Origin: Pirellulales bacterium
Lineage (GTDB): Bacteria > Planctomycetota > Planctomycetia > Pirellulales > JAICIG01
Length of the DNA: 38,031 nt
NCBI GenBank assembly: GCA_040901675.1
Contig: JBBDYJ010000008.1
Location: 1 to 38,031 of the forward strand
Direction: 5' to 3'
The notes below the pieces were generated by a model. That model was not told the origin of the DNA. It saw nothing but the letters and a program-made list of their open reading frames with translations, and did no database searches. Position 1 is the stretch's first letter; each line of letters starts with the position of its first letter. The translations under genes were made by a program, and so were the position numbers. This document shows positions 19,335 to 29,441 of this stretch, one piece after another.

Positions 19335-22300
19335 TTAGAAGCCGCCCAAGCCGCCCTGGCCACCGCCACCGCCGCCGAAGCCGCCGCCACCGGCGCCGCC
19401 GCTGGTGCCGCTGGAACCGGTGGCGAAGTTGAACGTGTTCACTTCGGATACGCCAGTGAAATTTGGCTGGGGCGTGATGCGCACGTAGCGGCGATCGGCC
19501 GAAATCACCGCGATGGCCGACATGAAAGCGCCCTTCGGCAAGACAATGATCACCGGCTGGTAGCCCACCGCGCCCTGAATAAACGGATTGACGCCGTTGC
19601 CGTCCTGCGCAGCCAGGCGCCCGGCGCCCGACAGGAAACTTCCTAAGGCCCGGGGATCGTTCAGCAAACCGAGCTGCTGCGCCAGAATCTGTCGGCCTAC
19701 TTCCATCTGGCCGGCCACCGCATTGGCGATCTGCTCTTCGGCGAGCGGCTCGCTGCGGCGGCCGTTCTTCAGGTCGAAGACCGCCACGGCCTGGTCATCG
19801 CCCAGGTCGATTCGCTTGCGCAGCGTCCGGTGCTCCTTCGAGTTGTAGTGCCAATGGATATCGACCGTGACCTTGTCGTTGGTCAGCTTGCCCCATACCC
19901 GACGCAGGAGCAATCGGTACGTGCCGTCAAAACCCTGCGGGCACACGTATACTTCCGACGATGCGTCCGAAACGTCTCCGGAGGCCTGCATCGACGTATC
20001 GCCCAGCATGACGCCGCCCGAAGCGGTCCGCGGATTGCGGAACGAGCAGACCGTGCCCGATGGCTCTTCGACCAGCAGGTCCACGTCGGCGTCACCGGTC
20101 CACGAAACAACCACCACACAATCGCGCATCAGTGCGTTGTCCAGGTCGGCCTTGTACGAGTCGGCTTGCTGGGGGTTCTCCGAACGCAGCCGCTGGAGCG
20201 TGGCGGAGGCTTGGTGATAGGCCGATTGCCAGATGCCCACCTGGTCATTCGGCCATGCCTGGCTCAGCACGCCGACCGTGGCCCAGCGAATGCCGTCCAA
20301 GTCGTCCAGGCGTTGAGCCAGCCGTAAGCCATGAACGAACGGCTCGGGAGAAGTCGGTTGGATTTCAGAAACCTGCTGGAACAGCTTCAGGGCCCGCTCC
20401 TCCAGGTCGATGCGCGCCATGTAGTGCGCGATAAACATGACGTCGGTCGGATTCGTGGTGAAGTCCAGGGCCGACATCAACGCCCGCTCGATCTGGTCCG
20501 CCGGGCTGCCCTGCGCCCGCAGGGCCAGGCCCAAAGCTTCATACATCCAGGGCTGACCATGCTGGTTAGCCAGGGCCGCCTGGATCAGCGCCGCCACGTG
20601 GTCGAAGCGGCGGGCCGCCATCAGCTCGCGCGCCGACTCGCGGATTGCCGCCCCCGAAACGTTCTCATGCGTGGCGAAATAGTCGTTCCAGGCGGCCTGG
20701 GGATCGTCTCCCTCGTTGAACTCGATCTGGACGGGGCGAACCTTGGCACTGGGCTTGTCGACGGTCGCCGCTTGCGGGCCAGCCGACGGCTTTTTCGCGG
20801 AAGACGGCTTGCCGGCGGCCGGGCTCTTGCCTGGTCTGGCGGGCTGGACCGCTGGGGTTTTTTTGCCGGACAGCTTCAGGTCGTCCTTGACGGCGAAGAA
20901 CCCGCCGCCACCGCCACCACCACCCATGCCACCGCCGCCGCCGCCCATGCCCCCACCACCCATGCCGCCGCCGCCGCCGCCCATGCCGCCGCCCCCCATC
21001 ATGCCGCCGCCCATGCCGCCGCCCATGCCGCCCACGGGAATCGGGATGACCAGGTCGGCAACGGGGTAGACCCGCGTCGTCAGCAGGCCCTCGGCCTCGG
21101 TCTTGCTGGTGATCATCAACACTTCGTCGCGGATGACATAGGTCAACTCATGTTGATTGAGCAGCAGCCGCAGAGCCGACCGCAGAGTGATACCCCTGAC
21201 GCTCATCGTAAGCGGCGTGTCCGAGCCGACTCCGGCGTCGGTCAGGGCCGTGGCGTCCAACTGGATCTCGATGCCATGCCTGGCCTTCAGAATGTCGATG
21301 GCGTCGTTCAGCGGCGTATCGATGAAGTCCAGTTCAGTCATCTCGTCCAACTCGGCGAGGATGCGGGCCTCGGCCGGGTTGCTCTCGGTCAAATCGACCG
21401 ACTTGTACTTCTTGCGCCGCTCGGTGAGCAACTGCCATACTTCCGGGTCAGGATAGAGGATCGGCGGTTCGTCCGGCGTGGGAACGTGCGACAACTCGAT
21501 CGCGTACATCGCGTCGACCACTCCCATGTGCCGTGCATCGCGAACGGCATCCATATTGGCCCGATACCCGACCATGCGGGCCGTCAACTCCGCCGACCGC
21601 AGCCCCGGCGTTCCCGGATCCATCTCTTCGGCTATCTGGGCCACCGCCTCGGCGTCGCGATAGCGCTCCTCATCCAAGAGGGCGCTGAAGCGGTTCATCA
21701 ACTGGTCCACCTTCAGCTCCGTAACGAACAAATCGCGGTGCATCCGCGCGCGGGCTTCGGCTTCCGCCGCACGCTGCTGCCGCTCGATATCCCTCTGGGC
21801 CTTGATTTCCGCTTGCTGGCTCGCTTCACGCAGCGCCGTGCGGATCTGCTCGACCAGCGTGTTGCGCACGTCGGGATTGAGTTCCGGAGCCTGCTCGACC
21901 CGCTCCAGCACTACCTTGAGTATGTTGGCCGCCTGTTCGGGTGCGGTTCCCATCGTCCCCCGCGCCTGGTTGATGGCATTGCGAACCTCGGCCGTGATGA
22001 ACCCGGTGAATAGCCGCTGCTGCCGCTCGATCTCGTCAAGCAGGCCGCCTTCGTCGGCTGGAAGGCCCCGCTCGGCGGGCGGCGGCACGGGCTCGGCGGT
22101 GCCCAGCGGCGCTGTTTGATCTTGGAAATTGGCCAACCTCAAGTCCCGCGGCGTCGCAGGGCCGCCGTTTTCGCGGGCTTTGCGCACGGCTTCCTGCGTG
22201 GTCTGGGCGTTGGCGTTGAGCGGATCGAGGCGGGTCGCTTCGGCCACGAGCTGCTCGGCTTGCTCGAGATTGCCGGTCGCCAGGGCCTGCTGGCTCAGAC

Positions 22301-23402
22301 GCGTCAGGTTCTGCGAACCGGTGTTCACCAGCCAGCGCAGCTCCTTGAGACCCGCCGTGCCGACCGTCGGCAGACCGACCCCTCCATCGCGCTTCGCCGC
22401 CCGGACCAACGAGTCCAGGTAGGCGTGGTCGTCGCTGGGCCGGCCGGATCGAACCTGCCAGCTCATTTCCACGGGCTTGCCCGCGACTTCGGCCCGCATC
22501 CGGATCTCGCTGGGCGAGCCATCGTGCGCAGCCAGCTTTCCGATCACCACGGTATCGCGATCGAAACGCAGCGGTGGGGTGTTGCGGGGATACACTTCGG
22601 CCAGCGATTCGGGATACTCCACCGCCGTGGGCCAGACTACGGCGCCGCGGGCCGCCTCGGCCAGCCAATTGCCGACCTCGGTGCTGTTCACCGAGTCGCC
22701 GTCGATGGCCAGCATGCCCCCGGTGTGATTGGCCAAGGCCCCGAGCACCTGGTTATCCAACCGCGGGCCGATCGCGTAGCTGCTCACCGAAACCCGCTTC
22801 TCGACCAGTTCGTCGACCAGCTCTTGCATCCGGCCGCTGGCGATCAGGTTGGCAGTGCTCATGCCGTCGCCGATGTACACCGCCGAGCGTCCCCGCGCCG
22901 ACGCCTCGTCGCCAAAACTTTCGACCACCGCCGACAGCGCCGCCGCCATATCGGTCGAGCCGAGCGGCACCCGCCGCCGCAAGTCGCTCAATGCCTGCTG
23001 CATGGCCTCGCTGTTCGGGGCGAGCATGGAGTCCGTCAGCGCCACGGCCTTCAGATCCACCGCCAGCAGCGCCGCGCGGTCGTTCGGTCCCAAACCGGCC
23101 AGCAGCACTTCCAGCGCCTTCAGGGCGTCGCTTCGATAGACGCCCGTCTGGCTGGCCGACGTGTCGAACAGAATCACTACGTCGTGGGCCCTTGCCGGCG
23201 GCGCTTCAATGCCCGGCATCAGCTTCAAGGCAAAAGATGTCTCGCCATCGGCCTCAGAGAACAGATCCATCGCGGCCGTCTGCGAGTCGGTCGCCGGCGC
23301 TTCGGCCCCGATGGACGGGGCCCCTACCCCCATGGACAACGTGCACACGCCGATGCCGGCGATGGCCAGGCAGGTCAACCAAGACCAATGATTCTTCGAC
23401 AT
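19335..23402 (-). CDS. Large exported vWA-domain protein with secretin-type N domain, Gly/Met linker, TPR-like and YfaP-like regions, and a C-terminal secretin fragment
   Basis: Signal peptide after a GGGAG SD; MIDAS motif VVILFDTSAS plus VYIGDG; segments homologous to the 33500..37645 protein; VSWTGDADVDLLVEEPSG. Confidence 0.85.
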   Translation of the reverse strand: MSKNHWSWLTCLAIAGIGVCTLSMGVGAPSIGAEAPATDSQTAAMDLFSEADGETSFALKLMPGIEAPPARAHDVVILFDTSASQTGVYRSDALKALEVLLAGLGPNDRAALLAVDLKAVALTDSMLAPNSEAMQQALSDLRRRVPLGSTDMAAALSAVVESFGDEASARGRSAVYIGDGMSTANLIASGRMQELVDELVEKRVSVSSYAIGPRLDNQVLGALANHTGGMLAIDGDSVNSTEVGNWLAEAARGAVVWPTAVEYPESLAEVYPRNTPPLRFDRDTVVIGKLAAHDGSPSEIRMRAEVAGKPVEMSWQVRSGRPSDDHAYLDSLVRAAKRDGGVGLPTVGTAGLKELRWLVNTGSQNLTRLSQQALATGNLEQAEQLVAEATRLDPLNANAQTTQEAVRKARENGGPATPRDLRLANFQDQTAPLGTAEPVPPPAERGLPADEGGLLDEIERQQRLFTGFITAEVRNAINQARGTMGTAPEQAANILKVVLERVEQAPELNPDVRNTLVEQIRTALREASQQAEIKAQRDIERQQRAAEAEARARMHRDLFVTELKVDQLMNRFSALLDEERYRDAEAVAQIAEEMDPGTPGLRSAELTARMVGYRANMDAVRDARHMGVVDAMYAIELSHVPTPDEPPILYPDPEVWQLLTERRKKYKSVDLTESNPAEARILAELDEMTELDFIDTPLNDAIDILKARHGIEIQLDATALTDAGVGSDTPLTMSVRGITLRSALRLLLNQHELTYVIRDEVLMITSKTEAEGLLTTRVYPVADLVIPIPVGGMGGGMGGGMMGGGGMGGGGGGMGGGGMGGGGGGMGGGGGGGGFFAVKDDLKLSGKKTPAVQPARPGKSPAAGKPSSAKKPSAGPQAATVDKPSAKVRPVQIEFNEGDDPQAAWNDYFATHENVSGAAIRESARELMAARRFDHVAALIQAALANQHGQPWMYEALGLALRAQGSPADQIERALMSALDFTTNPTDVMFIAHYMARIDLEERALKLFQQVSEIQPTSPEPFVHGLRLAQRLDDLDGIRWATVGVLSQAWPNDQVGIWQSAYHQASATLQRLRSENPQQADSYKADLDNALMRDCVVVVSWTGDADVDLLVEEPSGTVCSFRNPRTASGGVMLGDTSMQASGDVSDASSEVYVCPQGFDGTYRLLLRRVWGKLTNDKVTVDIHWHYNSKEHRTLRKRIDLGDDQAVAVFDLKNGRRSEPLAEEQIANAVAGQMEVGRQILAQQLGLLNDPRALGSFLSGAGRLAAQDGNGVNPFIQGAVGYQPVIIVLPKGAFMSAIAVISADRRYVRITPQPNFTGVSEVNTFNFATGSSGTSGGAGGGGFGGGGGGQGGLGGF
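20903..21032 (-). repeat. Coding low-complexity (GGC)n/ATG tract encoding a GGM linker
   Basis: GGMGGGMGGGMMGGGGMGGGGGGM... in the vWA protein. Confidence 0.85.
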
Positions 23403-23624
23403 GTCTGCGAACTCCCACAAATGAGAAGCGCGAGCGCGAAGGCCAGCGTGTTCCGTAGCGATGGCCCGGCTACGCATGCATTCGCCGGGATATGCCGAGC
23501 GGCGAATAGGCTTAGTTTATTCGGCCAGATGGCTTTATGCCAATAAAAAGTTGCGTTTTTTGACGCTGTCGAGTCGGCCCGACGCTCGCCCGCGCGCCGC
23601 GCAGAAAACCGACGTCGACGGCAT

Positions 23625-23665
23625 GAAAAGAAAGAACCCGGTCCGCCATGAGGGCGCCGGGTCCT
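23625..23665 (-). terminator. Putative intrinsic terminator after the 23704..24510 gene
   Basis: Minus strand ACCCGG...CCGGGT stem followed by TCTTTCTTTTC. Confidence 0.55.
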
Positions 23666-23703
23666 AAACCGCCTGGCGATATACAGTTATGAGCGGTCTG
23701 CCG

Positions 23704-24510
23704 TTACAGTTCGCGGCCCGCTCCGCCGAACCGTCCGCCAGGGCCGGCAGCCCACTGGCTGCCGGCCGCCAGCGGTGAAAGTGCACTCAAGGTTGTCGCC
23801 GCTTCAGCCAGCCTTCGGCCGAACGTGCCGACGAGCAGCCCCGACTGGCGTGTGATGGCCGTGACGGCGGTGCGAGCCGGGCTCCACACGCGCTCGAAGC
23901 GGGCCAAGGCGGCCGCTTCGTCGGCGCTTCGATCCAAGCCGACCGCGATCCCCGCCTGGGCTCCACAGCCGGTCCAGGCGTTCAGCGAAGCGGCCGGCCG
24001 GCGCGCAGGGCCAAGCTCCCGGAGCGCCAGTTGCAGTTGAGCACACCACGCCAACGTGGAACTGCTCAGGGCCGCACGCTGAGCGGACCATTTGGGCATG
24101 AGCAGCTCACCCAGTCCGTCGTTCTCGGCGTTCAAACGCGTGGCTAGCTCGGTGCCGCTGCTGTGGCGCAGATCAGCGGCCAGCCTGGCTCCGCTGACGG
24201 GCAACCGACGATGGTTCTGGGATCCGGAGAGACCGTCGTTCTGGTCGTTGAGCGAATAGACTAGTTCCAGACCGGTGCTGTGACGGTCATCCGCGGCCAA
24301 CTGGCTCAAGCTGGAGCTCATCGTCGTCTCGGCCGGGAGCACTGGTAAGCTGTCGGGCGTCAGCGGCTCGACCTCCAGGCGCGCCAGCCGATAGACGGGC
24401 CGGCCCCGCTGGCAACTCCGGCGCGGCGGTGCGGCTTGCGAAGCAACCGCCGACAGCGACAGACCCAAGCTCGACACCAATACCAACAGAGTCAGCCGCG
24501 CACGTCCCAT
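23704..24510 (-). CDS. Hypothetical exported protein with an internal 24-aa duplication
   Basis: Signal peptide MGRARLTLLVLVSSLGLSLSAVASQA; GGAG SD; LAADxRHSxGxELxxxLNxxNDGL occurs twice. Confidence 0.65.
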   Translation of the reverse strand: MGRARLTLLVLVSSLGLSLSAVASQAAPPRRSCQRGRPVYRLARLEVEPLTPDSLPVLPAETTMSSSLSQLAADDRHSTGLELVYSLNDQNDGLSGSQNHRRLPVSGARLAADLRHSSGTELATRLNAENDGLGELLMPKWSAQRAALSSSTLAWCAQLQLALRELGPARRPAASLNAWTGCGAQAGIAVGLDRSADEAAALARFERVWSPARTAVTAITRQSGLLVGTFGRRLAEAATTLSALSPLAAGSQWAAGPGGRFGGAGREL

Positions 24511-24711
24511 GTTCAGTTACTCCTGGCCGAGCAAACGAGCAGAATGGGTACCTGGACCATAACGCTTATCGGAGCCGCCAAGCTGGGGGCGTTAGGCAAT
24601 CGGAAGCGGCCGGTTGGCGCCGTCAAACTTCACCGATCCGTCTGATCTCGCATAGCGGGCCGAAATGACTTATTTTTCCTGAGCGTCGCCCCCGGTCCAG
24701 GAAAGGCTTTC

Positions 24712-24767
24712 CCACGATCCACGATCCTCCTTCGTCCTTCTGCCTTCCTCCTTCCTCCTTCTGCCTT
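24712..24767. repeat. Heptamer tandem repeat (CCTCCTT-like x8)
   Basis: ccacgat ccacgat cctcctt cgtcctt ctgcctt cctcctt cctcctt ctgcctt. Confidence 0.8.
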
Positions 24768-24770
24768 CAG

Positions 24771-24798
24771 TTGACACCCCCCTGCTGGCGTCTAAAAT
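24771..24798 (+). promoter_or_regulatory. Sigma-70 promoter of the argB operon
   Basis: TTGACA-N16-TAAAAT, 50 bp upstream of the ATG, which has an AAGGAGG SD. Confidence 0.7.
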
Positions 24799-24847
24799 AA
24801 ACCGTTTTCCCTTAACTCAAGCGCGCTGGCCCGGAAGGAGGCGCTCG

Positions 24848-25789
24848 ATGCCCGACAGCTTGGCCGTCGACGCGGCGAGCCCGGCTTCCGCCGGGGAAGG
24901 CCGTCCTTTGCACGCGGCCATCGAGAAAGCCGACGTCTTGATCGAGGCGCTGGAGTGGATCCGCCGCTTCCGCGACAAGATCACGGTCATCAAGCTGGGC
25001 GGAAGCGTCATGGAGGATCCCGACGCGCTGCGGCACCTGCTGTTGGACATCATCTTCATGCGGACCGTCGGCATGCGGCCCGTGGTGGTGCACGGAGGCG
25101 GGGCGGCCATCAGCCGGGCCATGACCGAAGCCGGCCTTGAGCCGCGATTCATCCAGGGGCGGCGTTACACCGACGGCCGGGCCCGCGACATCGTCGAGCG
25201 GGTGCTGGCTTACGAGACCAACGAGCTCATCTCCAAGCGGATTGAAGATCTGGAAGGCCGGGCAGCCCCCTTGAACTTCCGCACCACCAACGTGCTGTTC
25301 GGCGAGCGGATGCACCTGGCGGGCGACAACGGCGAGCCGATCGACTTGGGGTACGTGGGGCAGGTCAACCGGATCGACCGGACCACCATCGAAAACCTCT
25401 GCTATGCGGGGATTGTGCCGGTGATCCCTTCGATGTGCCTCGATGCCGACAAGCAGAAGCTGAACGTCAACGCCGACACGGCCGCGACCGCGGTGGCCCA
25501 GGCGATGAGCGCCGAGAAGCTGGTCTTTCTCAGCGACGTCAACGGGGTGCGGCGCCGCAAGGACGACGCGGCTTCGCTCATTCACTCGCTCACCGCCGAC
25601 GAGGCGCGGCAACTGATCGCCTCGGGAGCCATCGAGTCGGGCATGATCCCCAAGGTCGAGGCCTGCCTCGAGACTCTCGACAAGGGAGTCAGCAAGATCC
25701 ATATCATCGACGGCCGCTTGCGGCACTCTTTATTGCTCGAAGTCTACACCAGCAGCGGAGTCGGCACCGAGATCGTCAAGGCCCGCTGA
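24848..25789 (+). CDS. argB: Acetylglutamate kinase
   Basis: [58 protein letters not shown]; alternative TTG start at 24908. Confidence 0.95.
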   Translation: MPDSLAVDAASPASAGEGRPLHAAIEKADVLIEALEWIRRFRDKITVIKLGGSVMEDPDALRHLLLDIIFMRTVGMRPVVVHGGGAAISRAMTEAGLEPRFIQGRRYTDGRARDIVERVLAYETNELISKRIEDLEGRAAPLNFRTTNVLFGERMHLAGDNGEPIDLGYVGQVNRIDRTTIENLCYAGIVPVIPSMCLDADKQKLNVNADTAATAVAQAMSAEKLVFLSDVNGVRRRKDDAASLIHSLTADEARQLIASGAIESGMIPKVEACLETLDKGVSKIHIIDGRLRHSLLLEVYTSSGVGTEIVKAR

Positions 25790-25880
25790 CGCGCGCCGGC
25801 GCGAACCTCCACACCGGCCGCGGGGTCCGGCATGGGTTCGAGGTGCCATTACCCAACTTACTTGTCTGAGGAGACCCGCC

Positions 25881-27083
25881 GTGGCAACCGCCAGCGCAAT
25901 GAGTTCGGCCGAAGCGATCGAATTGTTCAAGCGATACGTGGTACCCAACTACGGGCGTTATCCAATTTGCCTGGTCCGCGGCGAAGGATCGTACGTCTGG
26001 GACAGCGAGGGCAACCGCTACCTCGATCTGTTTCCCGGCTGGGGCTGCAACCTGCTGGGCCACTGTCCCGAGCCGGTCGTCCGGGCCGTGCAGGAACAAG
26101 TGGCCACGCTGATCCACGTGCCCAACACCTGGTACACCGAGGCCCAAGGCTTGTGGGCCAAGGCGCTCAGCGAGCGAAGCTTCGGCGGACAGGCTTTTTT
26201 CTGCAATTCGGGCACGGAAGCCAATGAGGCGGCCATCAAGCTGGCCCGGCTGCACACGCCCCCCGAGCGCTACAAGATCATCACCTTCACCGGCGGCTTT
26301 CACGGCCGCACACTGGGCTCGACGGCAGCCACCGCCCAGCCCAAGTACCACGAGGGCCTGGGGCCGCTGATGGCCGGTTTCGTCTATGCGCCCTATGGCG
26401 ACCTGGACGCGGTGACGCGCCTGGTCGACAACGAAACGGCGGCCATCATGGTCGAGCCGGTGCAAGGCGAGGGAGGCATCAACATCCCCCCGGTCGAATT
26501 CCTCCGGGGCCTGCGGCAGCTTGCCGACGAGCGGGGCCTGCTGTTGATCTTCGACGAAGTTCAAAGCGGCTGCGGCCGGACCGGAAAATGGTTCGCCTAC
26601 CAGCACTTCGACGTCACGCCGGACGTCATGACGCTGGCCAAGGCGCTCTGCGGCGGCATTGCCGGCGGCGCGCTGTTGACCACCGCCGAAATCGCCCCCA
26701 GCCTGCGGCCCGGCATGCACGCGGCCACGTTCGGCGGCAACCCTATCGCGGCCCGGGCCGGGATCGCCGCGATTGAGATGATCGAGCAGGAAGACCTGCT
26801 CGAGAACGCCCAGCGCGTCAGCAAGGTCTTTCAAACCCGCCTCGCCCAACTGCGGGCCGAGTGCGAGCTGATCGAGGAGGTCCGCATCCTGGGAATGATG
26901 ATCGGCATCGAGTTGTCGATCGAGGGTGCCCCGCTGGTCAAGGCCGCCCTGGAGCGCAAGCTGCTGATCAACTGCACGCAGGGCAACGTGCTGCGGCTGT
27001 TGCCGGCCTTGAACCTGTCGGCCGAGCAGGCCCACCAGGCGTGCGACATCCTGGCCGCCGTGCTGAAAGATCAGAGCAGGTGA
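25881..27083 (+). CDS. argD: Acetylornithine aminotransferase (class III PLP)
   Basis: [57 protein letters not shown]; arg operon context. Confidence 0.93.
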   Translation: MATASAMSSAEAIELFKRYVVPNYGRYPICLVRGEGSYVWDSEGNRYLDLFPGWGCNLLGHCPEPVVRAVQEQVATLIHVPNTWYTEAQGLWAKALSERSFGGQAFFCNSGTEANEAAIKLARLHTPPERYKIITFTGGFHGRTLGSTAATAQPKYHEGLGPLMAGFVYAPYGDLDAVTRLVDNETAAIMVEPVQGEGGINIPPVEFLRGLRQLADERGLLLIFDEVQSGCGRTGKWFAYQHFDVTPDVMTLAKALCGGIAGGALLTTAEIAPSLRPGMHAATFGGNPIAARAGIAAIEMIEQEDLLENAQRVSKVFQTRLAQLRAECELIEEVRILGMMIGIELSIEGAPLVKAALERKLLINCTQGNVLRLLPALNLSAEQAHQACDILAAVLKDQSR

Positions 27084-27090
27084 GCGCGGC

Positions 27091-28008
27091 ATGCGAAACC
27101 TCATCACGCTCACGGACCTGTCCAGCGGCGAGATCGAGCGGATCTTCGCCATCAGCGAGGATTTGAAGAGCAAGCACGCCCAGGGGCTGCGCGAGGCCTT
27201 GCTGCCGGGCCGCGTGATGGCGCTGTTGTTCGAAAAGCCGTCGCTGCGGACGCGCGTCAGCTTCGAGGCGGGCATGAGTCATTTGGGCGGCAGCAGCCTG
27301 TTTCTGGGTTCCGACGTGGGCTGGGGCTCGCGGGAGTCGATCGCCGACTTCGGGCGGGTGCTCAGTGCCTACGTCGACGTGATCGTGGTGCGGGCCCAGT
27401 CGCACCAGAAGGTCGTCGAGCTGGCCGAGCATTGCGCCTGCTCCGTGATCAACGGGCTGACCGACTTTGCGCACCCCTGCCAGGCCTTGGCCGACCTGTT
27501 CACGCTCAAGGAGCTGGTCGGCCCGCTCAAGGGGCAGACGCTGGCCTACGTGGGCGACGGCAACAACGTGGCCCGCAGCCTGGCGGCCGGCTGCGGCAAA
27601 GTGGGCCTGAAGTTCGCGATGGCGGCCCCGAAAGCTTACCAATTCGATCCGCGGTTCGTCTCCGATCTTAAGCGCGAGGTCCCCGATCTCAAGCTCTCGG
27701 TGAGCACCAATCCCCGCCAGGCGGTCCGCGACGCCGTGGTCGTCTATACCGACGTCTGGGCCAGCATGGGCCAGGAGTCGGAGGCGCAGGCGCGGGCCAA
27801 GGCCTTCGCCGGCTACCAGGTCAACGAGGAGTTGTTGAGCCACGCCCCCAAGGGCGTTTACTTCATGCACTGCCTGCCCGCCCACCGCGGACAGGAGGTG
27901 ACCGACGAAGTCATGGACGGACCGCGGAGCATCGTGGTCCAGCAGGCGGCCAACCGGTTGCACGTTCAAAAAGGCATTTTGGCCTGGCTGCTGGGTGCCC
28001 AGGCATAG
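27091..28008 (+). CDS. argF: Ornithine carbamoyltransferase
   Basis: KPSLRTRVSFE, HPCQALAD, GDGNNV, TDVWASMG, FMHCLPAHRG. Confidence 0.95.
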   Translation: MRNLITLTDLSSGEIERIFAISEDLKSKHAQGLREALLPGRVMALLFEKPSLRTRVSFEAGMSHLGGSSLFLGSDVGWGSRESIADFGRVLSAYVDVIVVRAQSHQKVVELAEHCACSVINGLTDFAHPCQALADLFTLKELVGPLKGQTLAYVGDGNNVARSLAAGCGKVGLKFAMAAPKAYQFDPRFVSDLKREVPDLKLSVSTNPRQAVRDAVVVYTDVWASMGQESEAQARAKAFAGYQVNEELLSHAPKGVYFMHCLPAHRGQEVTDEVMDGPRSIVVQQAANRLHVQKGILAWLLGAQA

Positions 28009-28011
28009 AGC

Positions 28012-28764
28012 ATGCGACACGACGGCCGCCGTCCCGATGAACTGCGCAGCGTGAAGATCAAGCGGCATTTCACGCGGCCTGTGCCGGGCAGCGTGTTGAT
28101 CCAAGCGGGCCGCACTACCGTGTTGTGCACGGCCAGCGTCGAGGAGCAGGTGCCGCCCTGGATGAAGGGGCAGGGGCGCGGCTGGCTGACGGCCGAGTAC
28201 AACATGCTGCCGGGCAGCACCAGCCCGCGCAAGCCGCGGGAGCGGGGCGGCAAGGTCGACGGGCGGACCACCGAGATCCAGCGTTTGATCGGCCGCAGCC
28301 TGCGGGCGGTCGTCGATCTGGGCATGCTGGGCGAACGGACCATCACGGTCGACTGCGACGTGCTGGAGGCCGACGGCGGCACGCGCACGCTTAGCATCAC
28401 CGGCGCCTTCGTGGCCTTGGTCGATGCGCTGGCCGGTCTTCCGAAAGCAGCTCTGAAGGCCGCTTTACCGAAGGCCGGCACTGCGTCGGGCGCCTTGCGC
28501 GACAGTGTGGCGGCGGTGAGCGTCGGCCTGGTGGATGGCAAGCCGCTGCTCGATCTGGATTACCAGGAGGATTTTGCCGCCACGGTCGACATGAACGTGG
28601 TGATGACCGGGCAGGGTTCGTTTGTCGAGGTGCAGGGGACAGGGGAGGAAGCAACGTTCAGCGAGCAGGAGTTGGCCGCGATGCTCAAGCTCGCCCGCGG
28701 CGGCATCGCCCGCTTGATCGACGCCCAGCGCCGCGCGCTGGGCAAGCGCTGGCCCTGGCCATGA
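28012..28764 (+). CDS. rph: Ribonuclease PH
   Basis: [59 protein letters not shown]. Confidence 0.97.
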   Translation: MRHDGRRPDELRSVKIKRHFTRPVPGSVLIQAGRTTVLCTASVEEQVPPWMKGQGRGWLTAEYNMLPGSTSPRKPRERGGKVDGRTTEIQRLIGRSLRAVVDLGMLGERTITVDCDVLEADGGTRTLSITGAFVALVDALAGLPKAALKAALPKAGTASGALRDSVAAVSVGLVDGKPLLDLDYQEDFAATVDMNVVMTGQGSFVEVQGTGEEATFSEQELAAMLKLARGGIARLIDAQRRALGKRWPWP

Positions 28765-28818
28765 GTCGTCGTGTCATTGAAGTCTCTCCCAAGTTGTCGC
28801 TGAAACAGACGGGGTTGT

Positions 28819-29427
28819 TTATGGACTGTTTTCGGGCCCCAGCAATTCGTGCAAGCGGTGCAGCGACCGCGTCAAGAGCACGCGGACCGAGCCGTCGGTC
28901 TTGCCGAGCCGCTGGGCAATCTCTTTCGAGGGCAGGTTCTCCACGTAACGCAAGCGCAACGCCTCGCGCTGCTCCTCCTTCAAGCTCGCCAGCGCCTCCA
29001 GCAGCCGCTGCTCGCGCTGGTTGCGCGAAAATGCCTGGCTGGCCGAGGTCATGCTGGCCACCAGCAAGTCGATCAAGCCCCGCTGGTCGTCGCCGCGCGG
29101 CGCGTCGATGGCCACCTCGCGGCCGGCGTTGCGCTTCTGGCTGCCGTAGAAACGGCGGTGGGCGTCGATGATCCGCCGCTCGGCAATCTGGCACAGCCAA
29201 CCCAGCGGGTCGCGGCCCGCCAGGTCGATGCCGCTCAAGGCCCGGATCGCGTCGGCGCTCAGCTCCTGCAGGATGTCTTCCGGCTCGATCTTGCGGCGCA
29301 GGGCCGCGCCCAGATTCCGCTCGACGTAAGCCAGCAGTTGGCCGTGCCGCGAGGTGATGAATTCGGCCAACGCCTCCGCGTCGCCCCGCCGCAACCGCTC
29401 GATCAATTCGTCCGGCCTGGTGTCCAT
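28819..29427 (-). CDS. ECF sigma-70 factor, planctomycete type
   Basis: LRRKIEPEDILQE, WLCQIAERRIIDAHRR...KRNAGREV, TSASQAFSR, region 4 REALRLRYVENLPSKEIAQRLG; start set at MDTRPD. Confidence 0.9.
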   Translation of the reverse strand: MDTRPDELIERLRRGDAEALAEFITSRHGQLLAYVERNLGAALRRKIEPEDILQELSADAIRALSGIDLAGRDPLGWLCQIAERRIIDAHRRFYGSQKRNAGREVAIDAPRGDDQRGLIDLLVASMTSASQAFSRNQREQRLLEALASLKEEQREALRLRYVENLPSKEIAQRLGKTDGSVRVLLTRSLHRLHELLGPENSP

Positions 29428-29441
29428 CGACCGCCAGGGTA

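Noticed and set aside
27091..28008. N-acetyl- or N-succinyl-ornithine carbamoyltransferase suggested by SLRT instead of STRT
   Set aside because: The SMG loop (WASMG) and HCLPAHRG are of the ordinary OTCase type.
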